A DNA stretch of 24,000 bases. Origin: Methylocaldum szegediense (GTDB lineage: Bacteria > Pseudomonadota > Gammaproteobacteria > Methylococcales > Methylococcaceae). This document shows, piece after piece, positions 1 to 7,909 of the stretch. The stretch is from assembly GCF_949769195.1 (NCBI RefSeq), contig NZ_OX458334.1:1723-25722 (forward strand), in the 5' to 3' direction. A program made the translations under genes and the position numbers. Numbering within the stretch: position 1 is the stretch's first letter; every line of letters begins with the position of its first letter. The notes below the pieces were generated by a model. It had not been told where the DNA came from and made no database searches. It worked only from the letters and a program-made list of their open reading frames with translations.

Positions 1-115
1 TGGACGGGCCTGATTTGGACCGTAATCCAGCGATGAGAACATTGGTGTCGAGCACTACTCGCATACTCTGACAATATCACTTTTGATGTGATATTGCATA
101 TGGTGTTCCATGCTT

Positions 116-1072
116 TTACCGCTCATCCTCGCCCTTGTCCTTCGGCTTCCTGGCGCGTCTGACTGGCGGCTGCTCTCCCCGCGGCTGGTCCGAAGGCACG
201 ACGGCCGCCAACCGGCCGCGCAACTCCGCCGCCTCTTCTTCCGACTTCCTGGCCCGTTCTTCCGCCTCGGCCCGATCCCTACGCAATTGCTCGATCTCCC
301 GCGCGGCGCTTTCGAGTCGGGCTTGCGCGGCCTGCTCGGCAAACCTGGCCGACTCGGCTTCCCGTCTGGCCTGGCCGGTCTCCTGCTCGGCCTTCGAGGC
401 GCGGGCCTCGGCATCGGACGCGCGGCGCTCGCTGGCGGCGAGCTCGGCGGTCAGGCGGGCCACGTCCGCGCGCACCGCGTAGGCGTCGGCTTCCGCTTCC
501 TGGCGCGCGGCCTGTTCCTCCCGCAGCAGGCCGGTCAGCTGCTCGACCCTTGCCTGTAACTCGGCGCGCGAGGCCTCGGCGATGTCGGCGCGGTGAGTGG
601 CCGCGTTCAAGGCCTCGGCATTGGCGGCGAGTTCCCCCCGCAGCCGCTCGATCTCAGCGGCGCCAGCGGCGAGCTGCTCGGCCTGCTGCCGGAGGGTGGC
701 GCGGGCCTGGTCGAGCTCGGCGGCGATCTGGTCGGCCAAGTCCGCCGCTTCCTGCCGGGTCTGCTCCGCTTCGTGCCGGGCTTGTTCGAGGGCTTCCCGT
801 TCCGCGCTCAACCTGGCGTTGGCCAGTTCCAGGGCCGCGGCCCATATCTCGCCGGCGAGCTCGCCCAGCTTCTCGGTGATCGCCGCCGGCGCGGGCTCCC
901 GGATCGGCGCGGCCGCCGCCTGCCGGTTCGCGCGCCAGACTTGCATGGCCGCGCTGATGTCCGTGTAGCTGCCCCCGCCCAGGCGTTCGCGCACGTTCGC
1001 CAACGTGGGGTTCTTGCCCTCGGCGGCCAGCTCGTCGGCCGCCGCCCATACCTGTTCTTTCGTCGTGGCCAT
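116..1072 (-). CDS. kfrA: KfrA-like plasmid DNA-binding / coiled-coil protein
   Basis: The N-terminus (MATTKEQVWAAADELAAEGKNPTLANVRERLGGGSYTDISAAMQVW) matches the KfrA_N winged-helix pattern. It is followed by ~250 aa of A/E/R/Q-rich heptad-like coiled coil and a basic tail. The many overlapping ORFs in other frames are GC-rich shadows. Confidence 0.7.
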   Translation of the reverse strand: MATTKEQVWAAADELAAEGKNPTLANVRERLGGGSYTDISAAMQVWRANRQAAAAPIREPAPAAITEKLGELAGEIWAAALELANARLSAEREALEQARHEAEQTRQEAADLADQIAAELDQARATLRQQAEQLAAGAAEIERLRGELAANAEALNAATHRADIAEASRAELQARVEQLTGLLREEQAARQEAEADAYAVRADVARLTAELAASERRASDAEARASKAEQETGQARREAESARFAEQAAQARLESAAREIEQLRRDRAEAEERARKSEEEAAELRGRLAAVVPSDQPRGEQPPVRRARKPKDKGEDER

Positions 1073-1086
1073 CTATTTACCCTCGA

Positions 1087-1117
1087 ATTGTAATAGTATG
1101 TTGTATAATATTACAAT
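1087..1117. promoter_or_regulatory. Perfect 9-bp inverted repeat upstream of kfrA (candidate operator)
   Basis: ATTGTAATA (1087-1095) and TATTACAAT (1109-1117) are separated by 13 nt in the AT-rich region just upstream of the kfrA start. KfrA proteins are known autorepressors that bind promoter inverted repeats. Confidence 0.4.
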
Positions 1118-1325
1118 ATAATACAAAAAAATACGGCTTTCTAAGCTTGAACTGGTCTATATCCTCTGGAAATGAGAGCTGCAGTCTTGCGGTTCAAAAA
1201 GGAATCGTTGTCGTATGCCAATTTGTTTTTTTCTACTTATTACTTGAACCGCGCTTGCTAGTCCTAGTCAAAATTAGTGTTCAAAAAACTTCTTGGTATA
1301 CGGACATTTGCAGAAGGAGAGGCAA

Positions 1326-1703
1326 ATGAGCGATCCAACAAATTCAACTCAGAGAGAACTCCTATCCCCGGAGGACATATCAAGGTCAGTGGAGCCGCCA
1401 CTGAAGCCTGTGGCTCGCGACGCCGGTGAACCTCGCATTGTGGACTTAACCTGGTTTCAGTTTGCCGACCATCATGGGTTCGAGAGGCGATTGGAGCTGG
1501 GACGCGTTGTCAATTCCAAGAGCATAGTGCTTGTATCGATTTCCGAGATCGGTGTGTTCGGCGGTGAGTGGAAACCTTTTCAGGGCGCCGCCAGCGCGGA
1601 GGTCCATAATATCGTGCCTCATGACGACGGGACAGTCATCGTCCGCGGATACATTGGCTGGGAGCGGGACATCAATGTGCGTCTTTCGGTCCTTGTAGCG
1701 TAA
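1326..1703 (+). CDS. Hypothetical protein
   Basis: ATG at 1326 is preceded by GGAGAG (aaggagaggcaaATG). The ORF-track start at 1293 lacks an RBS. No recognisable motif. Confidence 0.5.
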   Translation: MSDPTNSTQRELLSPEDISRSVEPPLKPVARDAGEPRIVDLTWFQFADHHGFERRLELGRVVNSKSIVLVSISEIGVFGGEWKPFQGAASAEVHNIVPHDDGTVIVRGYIGWERDINVRLSVLVA

Positions 1704-1743
1704 CGTCTGGCTACCACCGACCAGCGCCGGCGATTAAAAACGG

Positions 1744-2346
1744 TCAGCCTGACATAGTCGCCTTGATCCGCTGCACGACCGACGTACCCACGCCGTGCGT
1801 CCTGGCGGTCTTGAGCACGCCGACGCCCGCCCGCAACGATGCGCGGACGGCCTCCTCGATCTCCAGCCCGATCTGCGGCCGGCCGAGGCGCTTGCCGTTC
1901 GCCCGGGCGCGGGCGAGGCCTGCGTTCACGCGCTCCCGGATCATGGCCCGCTCGAACTCCGAGAAAACCCCGAGCATCTGAAACATGGCCTTTCCGGCCG
2001 GCGTGGTGGTATCGATCCCCTGCTGATGCAGATAAAGGTCGATCCCGTAACCGTGGATGTCGTCCAGGAAGTGGATCAGGTGCTGGAGGCTTCGGCCCAG
2101 CCGATCAACCGACCAGGCGGCGACAATATCAAAGCGGCGGCGGGCCGCATCCTTGCAAAGCTTGTCGAACGCCGGGCGTTTGTCCCGGCCCTTGGCGCCG
2201 GATATGCCGGCGTCCTCGTAAACCTCGACGATCAGCCAGCCGGCCCGCTCCGCGACAGCAGTCAATTCCAGGCGTTGGCTCTCGGTGGTTTGGCCATCGG
2301 TCGATACGCGAAGGTAGAGCGCGGCTCGGCGCAGTGTGGTATTCAT
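1744..2346 (-). CDS. Serine recombinase (resolvase/invertase family)
   Basis: N-terminal catalytic motif AALYLRVSTDGQTTESQ, a central DRLGRS motif, and a C-terminal HTH (VLKTARTHGVGTSVVQRI). Confidence 0.85.
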   Translation of the reverse strand: MNTTLRRAALYLRVSTDGQTTESQRLELTAVAERAGWLIVEVYEDAGISGAKGRDKRPAFDKLCKDAARRRFDIVAAWSVDRLGRSLQHLIHFLDDIHGYGIDLYLHQQGIDTTTPAGKAMFQMLGVFSEFERAMIRERVNAGLARARANGKRLGRPQIGLEIEEAVRASLRAGVGVLKTARTHGVGTSVVQRIKATMSG

Positions 2347-2351
2347 GTAGA

Positions 2352-2678
2352 TTAGTCTTCTGCTTCTTCTTCAGAAGCCTGTAGATACTGACGGACCAAC
2401 CGTATCGGAACCTCGCGGTAGTTCTCGAAAATGTCATTCTTGATGACGACGAAATAAGTTCTTTTCTGCGAGTCGTCGGATCTATTAAATGTAAAGCCGC
2501 GATCGAACATTTCTTCTCTTAATGGCTCGAGAAAGCCTTCGACTTGCAAATTAGAGCGCGTGGCTAGATATGCCAGATTGTCCTTCGAAATTTTGTAACG
2601 GCCGCGGAGTTTTCCACCGAACCGCTCTCCATACAACTTGACCAAATCATCCGCGACGTCATTAATTCTTCTTGGCAT
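2352..2678 (-). CDS. Hypothetical protein (low-GC gene)
   Basis: Clean 108-aa ORF with ordinary amino-acid composition in a low-GC island. It ends 5 nt upstream of the recombinase start. Confidence 0.5.
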   Translation of the reverse strand: MPRRINDVADDLVKLYGERFGGKLRGRYKISKDNLAYLATRSNLQVEGFLEPLREEMFDRGFTFNRSDDSQKRTYFVVIKNDIFENYREVPIRLVRQYLQASEEEAED

Positions 2679-2877
2679 GCTGATCTCCTTAAAATTGGCG
2701 CGAGATTATTATTTATTCTTGAGATTTAAAAATAAACTATAGATATTTTTGTGGAGCTAAGATCTTTATTGATGTATACGAAAAACGTTTGTTTACCGTA
2801 TAGCTAAAGCCGCGCCCCGGAAATCCCGATTTTCGTGGCTTCCAGGGCGGCGTTTTTCGATGGGTTTTCCGTATAGG

Positions 2878-3114
2878 TCAAAGCCTTTCCAAATACCGCT
2901 CGAATTCGGCCTTGCCGAACCAGTCCACCAGCGGCCTGTCGCGCCCGGGCAGATCCCACTGGATCGCCACCGTGTACCCGTCGCGGCTTGACTGGTCGGC
3001 TTTCGCGACAGTCCCGGCCGTTCCCCTCGGCACGCCGGAAAATTGGACCGTCGTCCGTATCCGAACCCCTTGTAAGGCCTCGGCTTCCCCTTTTGTGAAA
3101 TATCTCTCTGTCAT
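2878..3114 (-). CDS. Hypothetical protein, coupled to the upstream XRE regulator
   Basis: The start at MTERYFTKGEAE (ATG 3112-3114) overlaps the stop of the XRE gene as ATGA (3111-3114). The longer track ORF (to 3177) would run antisense through the XRE gene. Confidence 0.5.
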   Translation of the reverse strand: MTERYFTKGEAEALQGVRIRTTVQFSGVPRGTAGTVAKADQSSRDGYTVAIQWDLPGRDRPLVDWFGKAEFERYLERL

Positions 3115-3350
3115 GGCTGTTTCCTTGAGGCGGCAATCCGCTTGTCCTCTTCGGGCAGTAGGTCGACGGAGGCGCAATTCAGGGCGCGCGCGATGAGGCG
3201 CAATGTCTCCATTCTGACGGAAGAATCCTGCCCCGACTCGATCTTTGATATCGCCGCCTGCGTGACCTTGCCTTGCGTGTACCTGGCCAAATCTCGCTGA
3301 GACCAGCCTCGCGCTTCACGCTTTGCTTTAATAATTTGTCCGATGCCCAT
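3111..3350 (-). CDS. XRE-family helix-turn-helix transcriptional regulator
   Basis: Typical Cro/C1 HTH: GQIIKAKREARGWSQRDLARYTQGKVTQAAISKIESG....METLRLIARAL. Confidence 0.8.
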   Translation of the reverse strand: MGIGQIIKAKREARGWSQRDLARYTQGKVTQAAISKIESGQDSSVRMETLRLIARALNCASVDLLPEEDKRIAASRKQP

Positions 3351-3485
3351 TCTTCATAACCGTTGTGAGTAGCACTCCGATAATTGTAGTTATCAGGCCG
3401 CAACGGACGAAAGCAAAACCTTAAGGCGCGCATCAGACTGGGTTTCCGGGAACCTGGGCGGGAGGGCACCGCCCTCCCGCTCCGG

Positions 3486-3980
3486 CTACCGAATCGAAAG
3501 CCGCGTGCCATTGACCATCCGGGCACCGGGAACTTCCCGGCCGGCATTGATCGCTTCCTTGATCGCCGCCTTGTCGATCCTGACAAGGATTTCGGTTTCC
3601 TTGAACTCGTCCGGGACCGCCGCCTCGTCGAATATGTCCACGGCGGGCGGGTTCTTCTGGACCGAGAGCACGAACCAGGGCGAAGGGATTTTCTTCATGC
3701 CCATCACCTCCATCCCGGTTTTTAAGTAGTCCCGCAGCCAGCGGGCGCGGTTTTCCAATGCCTTCCGGCGCTTGGCCATTTTCTCTTCCGCTTGCTTGAT
3801 CGCCTCCGCCTCGGCTTCCATCTGGCGGGCGAACGCGGCGACATTCACGGCCTTCCGCTCGAATTCGCCCTCGATCGCTTCCAAGGTGTCGGCCACGGTT
3901 TCCGGCGGAATGTCGGCATCCGGATCGGTGAAGACGTCCAGGGCCTCGAGATATTTTCTTTCGATTTCGTAGAGCTTCAT
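3486..3980 (-). CDS. Siphovirus Gp157-like protein
   Basis: MKLYEIERKYLEALDVF...IEGEFERKAVNVAAFARQMEAEAEAIKQAEEKMAKRRKALENRARWLRDYL matches the Gp157 family pattern. The start was moved to ATG 3978-3980. The 337-aa track ORF carries an R/G/P-rich N-terminal extension that overlaps the next gene. Confidence 0.65.
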   Translation of the reverse strand: MKLYEIERKYLEALDVFTDPDADIPPETVADTLEAIEGEFERKAVNVAAFARQMEAEAEAIKQAEEKMAKRRKALENRARWLRDYLKTGMEVMGMKKIPSPWFVLSVQKNPPAVDIFDEAAVPDEFKETEILVRIDKAAIKEAINAGREVPGARMVNGTRLSIR

Positions 3981-4030
3981 GGCATCCCTCCTTCGTAGCG
4001 GCCGGAACGGCCCGGCCGCTCCGGTCGCGA

Positions 4031-4948
4031 TCAGAACGGGCACTTGTCGGTTTCGGCGTCGGCTATCTGGGCGTTTTCGTAGGCCAGGCGCTGCGCCTCC
4101 TCGTCGGCCCACTGCCTGAGCTTGACCAAGAGCTTTTCGAACTGGGCCGGCGAAAGATCGGGGAAGTGATCCACCTTGCACGCCTTTCTGACCCATTCCT
4201 TGACCCGCTCCCGGTCCAGGCCGTAATCCCGGATCGTAGCCTCCAGGCGCCGGTGATCGGCGGCGCTGATGGTCGGCCTTGCCGTCCGATCGGCCGGCGG
4301 TTCCGTCTGTTCCGGCTTCATGTCCTCCAGATCCTGCGTGAACACTTCGCTTAAGCCAGCCATGCGCAAGGTCGCATCGATATGCGCCGACTTCTCGGCC
4401 ATCTTGAGCGCCTTGTTCAAATCGCCGCAGTCCTGGGCAATGCCGCGGGCGCCTACGCCGTCGGCCACCACTCGCCCGGATGCGTCCCGGATCTCGCACC
4501 GGATAATGACGTGCTTGAGGTCCACGCCCCGGAGCGCGGCTTGCTCGTAGTCATGGAGAGTGGGGAACGTCACGGAAACGCCAAGCATGCCGCAAATCTT
4601 CTCCGCCCCCGGCTTCCAGAGGCTCGGCTTGCTCCAGTGCCGCGGGTCGGCGCACTCATGCGCGCGGCCGTGGGCCGCGAGCTGGCACTTTTGCTTGCTC
4701 GCCGTGTGGATGCGGCCGTAGTCGGTGCCTTCGACGAGCGCCGAGCGTATCCACTCCATAAGCGCGGCGCGGTTCGCCTTGCGACGGTCGAGTCCCGCGC
4801 GGAAGACTTCCGTAGGCAAGTCCAGCGGGGATGCCGGGGCGCCGTGCAGCGCGACCACGTTCCTGGATTCCTGGGCCGCGGCCGGGATGCCGGCTTGTAC
4901 CGGCTCCGAAGAAACAGGGGCGGGTTGTTTTCTTTCTCTTGCTGCCAT
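4031..4948 (-). CDS. Phage-type recombination-module protein (possible ERF/Rad52-like single-strand annealing protein)
   Basis: 305-aa ORF immediately upstream of the gp157-like gene. Segments SLWKPGAEKICGMLGV and LNKALKMAEKSAHIDATLRMAGL resemble annealing-protein motifs. The function call is tentative. Confidence 0.45.
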   Translation of the reverse strand: MAARERKQPAPVSSEPVQAGIPAAAQESRNVVALHGAPASPLDLPTEVFRAGLDRRKANRAALMEWIRSALVEGTDYGRIHTASKQKCQLAAHGRAHECADPRHWSKPSLWKPGAEKICGMLGVSVTFPTLHDYEQAALRGVDLKHVIIRCEIRDASGRVVADGVGARGIAQDCGDLNKALKMAEKSAHIDATLRMAGLSEVFTQDLEDMKPEQTEPPADRTARPTISAADHRRLEATIRDYGLDRERVKEWVRKACKVDHFPDLSPAQFEKLLVKLRQWADEEAQRLAYENAQIADAETDKCPF

Positions 4949-5072
4949 ACTCTGACTGCTCCTAGTGTGCCACTGGGAACCACCGTTGCAGGGGTGCCGC
5001 CCTGCAACGGCAGCGTTTTCGAACGTTGAAACCCGAGAGTTCGAGGGGTGCCGCCTCCCGAACTCTCACCCT

Positions 5073-5381
5073 TTAGCCGCCGGTGCGGCTTTCGTATAAG
5101 TCCCTCTCGTTTTCTTCCATCTGGCTTTTCCACGCTTTCTCCATGGCGAGCCTGACCAATCCTTGCGCGGCTTCGGCATACCCCGACATGAGGTTGTCAA
5201 TGATCTCGTCGACATCCATTTGGGCCTTGCCGATGAGCTGCGTCCACGTATGGCTTTCGAAGAAAGCGGCCTTTGCTGTTTCCCGCTCCTCGCGAGCCAT
5301 GTAACCGGCCAAATCAGCTACAACCGGATCGCCGTAGGCGGGTCCTAAAGCGCGGGCCAGATCGCCGAACAATCCGCTCAT
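5073..5381 (-). CDS. Hypothetical protein
   Basis: 102-aa ORF with normal composition. Its start overlaps the stop of the upstream ORF by 4 nt. Confidence 0.5.
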   Translation of the reverse strand: MSGLFGDLARALGPAYGDPVVADLAGYMAREERETAKAAFFESHTWTQLIGKAQMDVDEIIDNLMSGYAEAAQGLVRLAMEKAWKSQMEENERDLYESRTGG

Positions 5382-5581
5382 GCCGCGGTCCTCTCGCTTT
5401 CCCGTTCATACACGGTAACCGGTATTCCGGCTACGTCTCCATAAATATAAAACTGGTATTCCGTTCCATCTTTAAACGTTATATTTACCACGCGCGCCGA
5501 GAACTGAATATCCGTTTTGAATACCATCTCCTCTCCGATGGTGACATCTTTTACACGATGAAAACCGAGATTTATAGACAT
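5378..5581 (-). CDS. Hypothetical small protein
   Basis: 67-aa low-GC ORF, 4-nt overlap with the downstream gene, with an AT-rich promoter-like region upstream (5582-5820). Confidence 0.5.
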   Translation of the reverse strand: MSINLGFHRVKDVTIGEEMVFKTDIQFSARVVNITFKDGTEYQFYIYGDVAGIPVTVYERESERTAA

Positions 5582-5829
5582 AACAAATACTCCTATTTAT
5601 CTATTTCAAAATAGGGCTTCTTTTGTTCCTGGATAGCGACTCCAGGAACCCGCAAAAGCCCGTCGCGGCTGCTGGTTTCTCCCTTTTACGTGCCGAGCCT
5701 ACCAGCAAAAGAGCACGGTATAATGATAACTAAAGTTATCACTCTGGGCAACAAAAAAACACGTTTAAATTCGATAATAAATACCCTCCTTATACTGCGC
5801 TCAAACACTTCCATTAAACCATTAGATAC

Positions 5830-6429
5830 TCAGAAAATACCCGCTTGACCGGAAACCCACCGGAAAGCCCCGGCCCACACGCCGGAGCCAGAAATCGGAA
5901 CCCACGCCCCCGCCCCCAAGGGCGGGAGCAACCGGCCGGCGAACCCGACCGGGAAGGCGAACACCGGCAGGCCGCGCGAAACCGCGCAACTGGCGGCCAG
6001 CAGGGAACCGCGCGAGACAGGCGAAGCGAAGAACACCACGCACCCCGCCGAGGCCTGCGCCACCACCGCCCGAGTGCGCGCGACAAGGCGGGCGGACAGA
6101 GGCACGGACGATGGGCCGCCGGCCCACCACGCCACCGAACCGCCGGCGGCCGCGAAGGCCTCCACGGCGGAAACCGCCGAAGCCGGGCCGGCGCCCGCGC
6201 CGCCGGGGCCGAAGGCGCACAGGCACGAAACCCGCGCGGCAGGGACGCCGCGCCCCGACGGAGCCACGGCGCAGCCAAGGACGGCGGCATCGACGCCAAC
6301 ACAGCAGCCCACCGCGAGCGAACGCCCCGACGCCATCAGCGACCGGCACACGGCCGCGACCAAAGCGGAGGCCTCCGGCGGCAGCGAGCGCGAACCCGCC
6401 ACCGATACGACGGCGCGAGGACTAGCCAC
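5830..6429 (-). CDS. DprA/Smf-like Rossmann-domain protein encoded almost without adenine
   Basis: The frame of track ORF 5830..6858, with a proposed GTG start at 6427-6429 overlapping the upstream stop (GTGGCTAG). It aligns by eye to the E. coli Smf core: VSVAGSRSLPP / IVGSRNPSPYG; GCCVGVDAAV / SGLARGIDGVA; ARTRAVVAQASAGCVVFFASPVSRGSLLAASCAVSRGLPVFAFP / [42 protein letters not shown]. Only 15 A occur in 600 coding-strand nt. Confidence 0.5.
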   Translation of the reverse strand: MASPRAVVSVAGSRSLPPEASALVAAVCRSLMASGRSLAVGCCVGVDAAVLGCAVAPSGRGVPAARVSCLCAFGPGGAGAGPASAVSAVEAFAAAGGSVAWWAGGPSSVPLSARLVARTRAVVAQASAGCVVFFASPVSRGSLLAASCAVSRGLPVFAFPVGFAGRLLPPLGAGAWVPISGSGVWAGAFRWVSGQAGIF

Positions 6430-6893
6430 GGCCGAACACCCCAGCCAGGCAAGCCAGCGGCCGGAGCAAGCCGCGGGCCACGGCCACCGACACGCCGGGA
6501 GGCAAGCACACCTTGACCGCGCAGACCGGCACGGGCAGGCCGACAGCCGAGAAGACCGGCGAACCGGCGGAACCAGGACGGGCCACGGCGCGCCACCCGA
6601 GCCGCGACGCCACCAAGGCCGCGAACAGCCCGGCCGCGGCCGGAGACCGGACCGGAACGAAAAGGCAGGCGGGCGCCGCCGAGAAACAGGACGAAGCCGA
6701 GAACACCCGCACCGCCCACACAAGCCGGCCGCAGCGACGAGCCACGACAGGCGCCGAGCGCCGGACGGCGGGAACGGAAACGAAACCGGAACGAGCCATG
6801 ACACACCCCCAAAACCGAGAACCAAAACCGCCCCGCCAACCCCGGCGGGACACCCCAAAAGAGAGAAAAACCGGAAAAAAGAGAGAAAACGCC
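5847..6893. other. Extreme strand-composition tract: + strand nearly T-free, - strand nearly A-free
   Basis: A hand count finds 14 T in 1047 nt on the + strand (about 1.3%). There is no T at all from 6515 to 6798 (284 nt). The flanks have ordinary T content. Confidence 0.9.
6422..6799 (-). CDS. Adenine-starved ORF (125 aa), unknown function
   Basis: ATG at 6797-6799 is preceded by GGGGGTGTGTC. The coding strand has only four A: one in the ATG start, two in a single AAG codon (6512-6514), and one in the TAG stop (6422-6424). The product consists of G/A/V/L/F/S/P/R/C/W, apart from the initiator Met and one Lys. Coding status is unproven because A-free sequence cannot contain stop codons. Confidence 0.35.
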   Translation of the reverse strand: MARSGFVSVPAVRRSAPVVARRCGRLVWAVRVFSASSCFSAAPACLFVPVRSPAAAGLFAALVASRLGWRAVARPGSAGSPVFSAVGLPVPVCAVKVCLPPGVSVAVARGLLRPLACLAGVFGRG

Positions 6894-7101
6894 TTCAGAA
6901 CAGACCGGGGCGAGCACGGCCGCAAGGGCAGGCGCGCCGTACTGCGACGGTGGGAGGTTGGTGGACTGGCTACGGAGAGACTAGCGACTGGTTGCAGCGA
7001 ACCTTGAGCGGCGCGCCTGGCGAAGCGAACCCTTGCGGCCGCGCGCAGTCCCCGGCTACAAACCGGGCGTTTTCTCTCTTTTCCGGTTTTTCTCGTGGGG
7101 T
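6851..7101. promoter_or_regulatory. Long imperfect hairpin (~250 nt) upstream of the A-starved ORFs
   Basis: Outer stem: 6863-6893 pairs with 7066-7094, about 29 bp with a 2-nt bulge. Inner stems: 6905-6910/7050-7055 (6 bp), 6918-6928/7030-7040 (11 bp perfect), 6929-6938/7010-7019 (10 bp perfect). A GCGAAGCGAA bulge sits at 7020-7029. Confidence 0.6.
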
Positions 7102-7909
7102 ACTCCCCACGCCTTTGTCCGAGCCGCAGCGAAGCCGGAGGGCGCGAGCACGGCGACCCGGAGCCATGCGGAGGGGCCGCGCGCAGCGACTGGAGGCGAA
7201 GCGGAGGCGAGTTCTCGCGTCTGGCGTCAGCCAGTCGCGCAGTCAACCCGGAGCCGAGCGGAGCTGGGCGAGCACCTTGGATGGATGGCGAAGCGCAGGG
7301 AAAGCGACGCCGGGTCTCGCTTCGGCGCTCGGATCGTCAGTCCAAGCCGGACAGGCGGGAGCATGGATACTGCCAATCCGTTGTCGGATCTACCGTGGGG
7401 TGAGCGCGAAGGGCGCGGCGTCGCGAGCTTGCGAAGCTCGAGAGCAGAGCCGCGCGCCTTCGGTACCGATACCCGACTTCTGACCGGGCTGGGAGCCAGG
7501 GACGGCGGCAAGGGACGTGACGGCAGGGATGCCGGCGCGGTCCCTTGCGGGTGGGAGATGGACTTTACGGGTTTCGCGTGTGAAAGCCGCCCCGGAAGCA
7601 TAGCGTGCTCCGGCTGGCGCGCGAGCTGCGAGGAGCGCGGGCATGCCCTAAGCATGCCCATAAGCGCGACGTAGCGGCTCGGCGAGCGCCTGTCGGGATG
7701 CAGCGCGTGCGTGAGGGGGCGGTTTTGTTGAGCGAAAGGGATTCCGTTTGGGGGGGCGGAAAGGGGGGAACGCCGAGCGCGGCTTCCTCTGGAAGCAAGC
7801 GAGGCGGGGGATGTAACGCGTCAAATGGCCGTGGTTATCAACACTTTTGTCTTTTTTACCAAGGATCACATCGGATTTCCACTTCCGTTTTCTCGACTCA
7901 ATTTGAGCC

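Noticed and set aside
55-1093. Multiple ORFs overlapping kfrA on both strands: 55..414 -, 110..559 +, 135..482 +, 550..879 +, 593..1093 +, 597..968 +, 654..1049 -.
   Set aside because: These are typical GC-rich shadow frames with R/A/G/P-rich products. The KfrA frame has a recognisable N-terminal domain and coiled coil.
3981-4499. N-terminal 172-aa extension of the Gp157-like ORF (track ORF 3486..4499).
   Set aside because: The extension is R/G/P-rich and overlaps the 4031..4948 gene in another frame. The Gp157 homology begins at MKLYEIE (ATG 3978-3980).
5847-6893. Diversity-generating retroelement (adenine-specific mutagenesis) as the cause of adenine loss.
   Set aside because: No reverse transcriptase gene is present and no template/variable repeat pair was seen in the window. 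DGR variable regions are ~100-150 bp and are not depleted of A over a kilobase.
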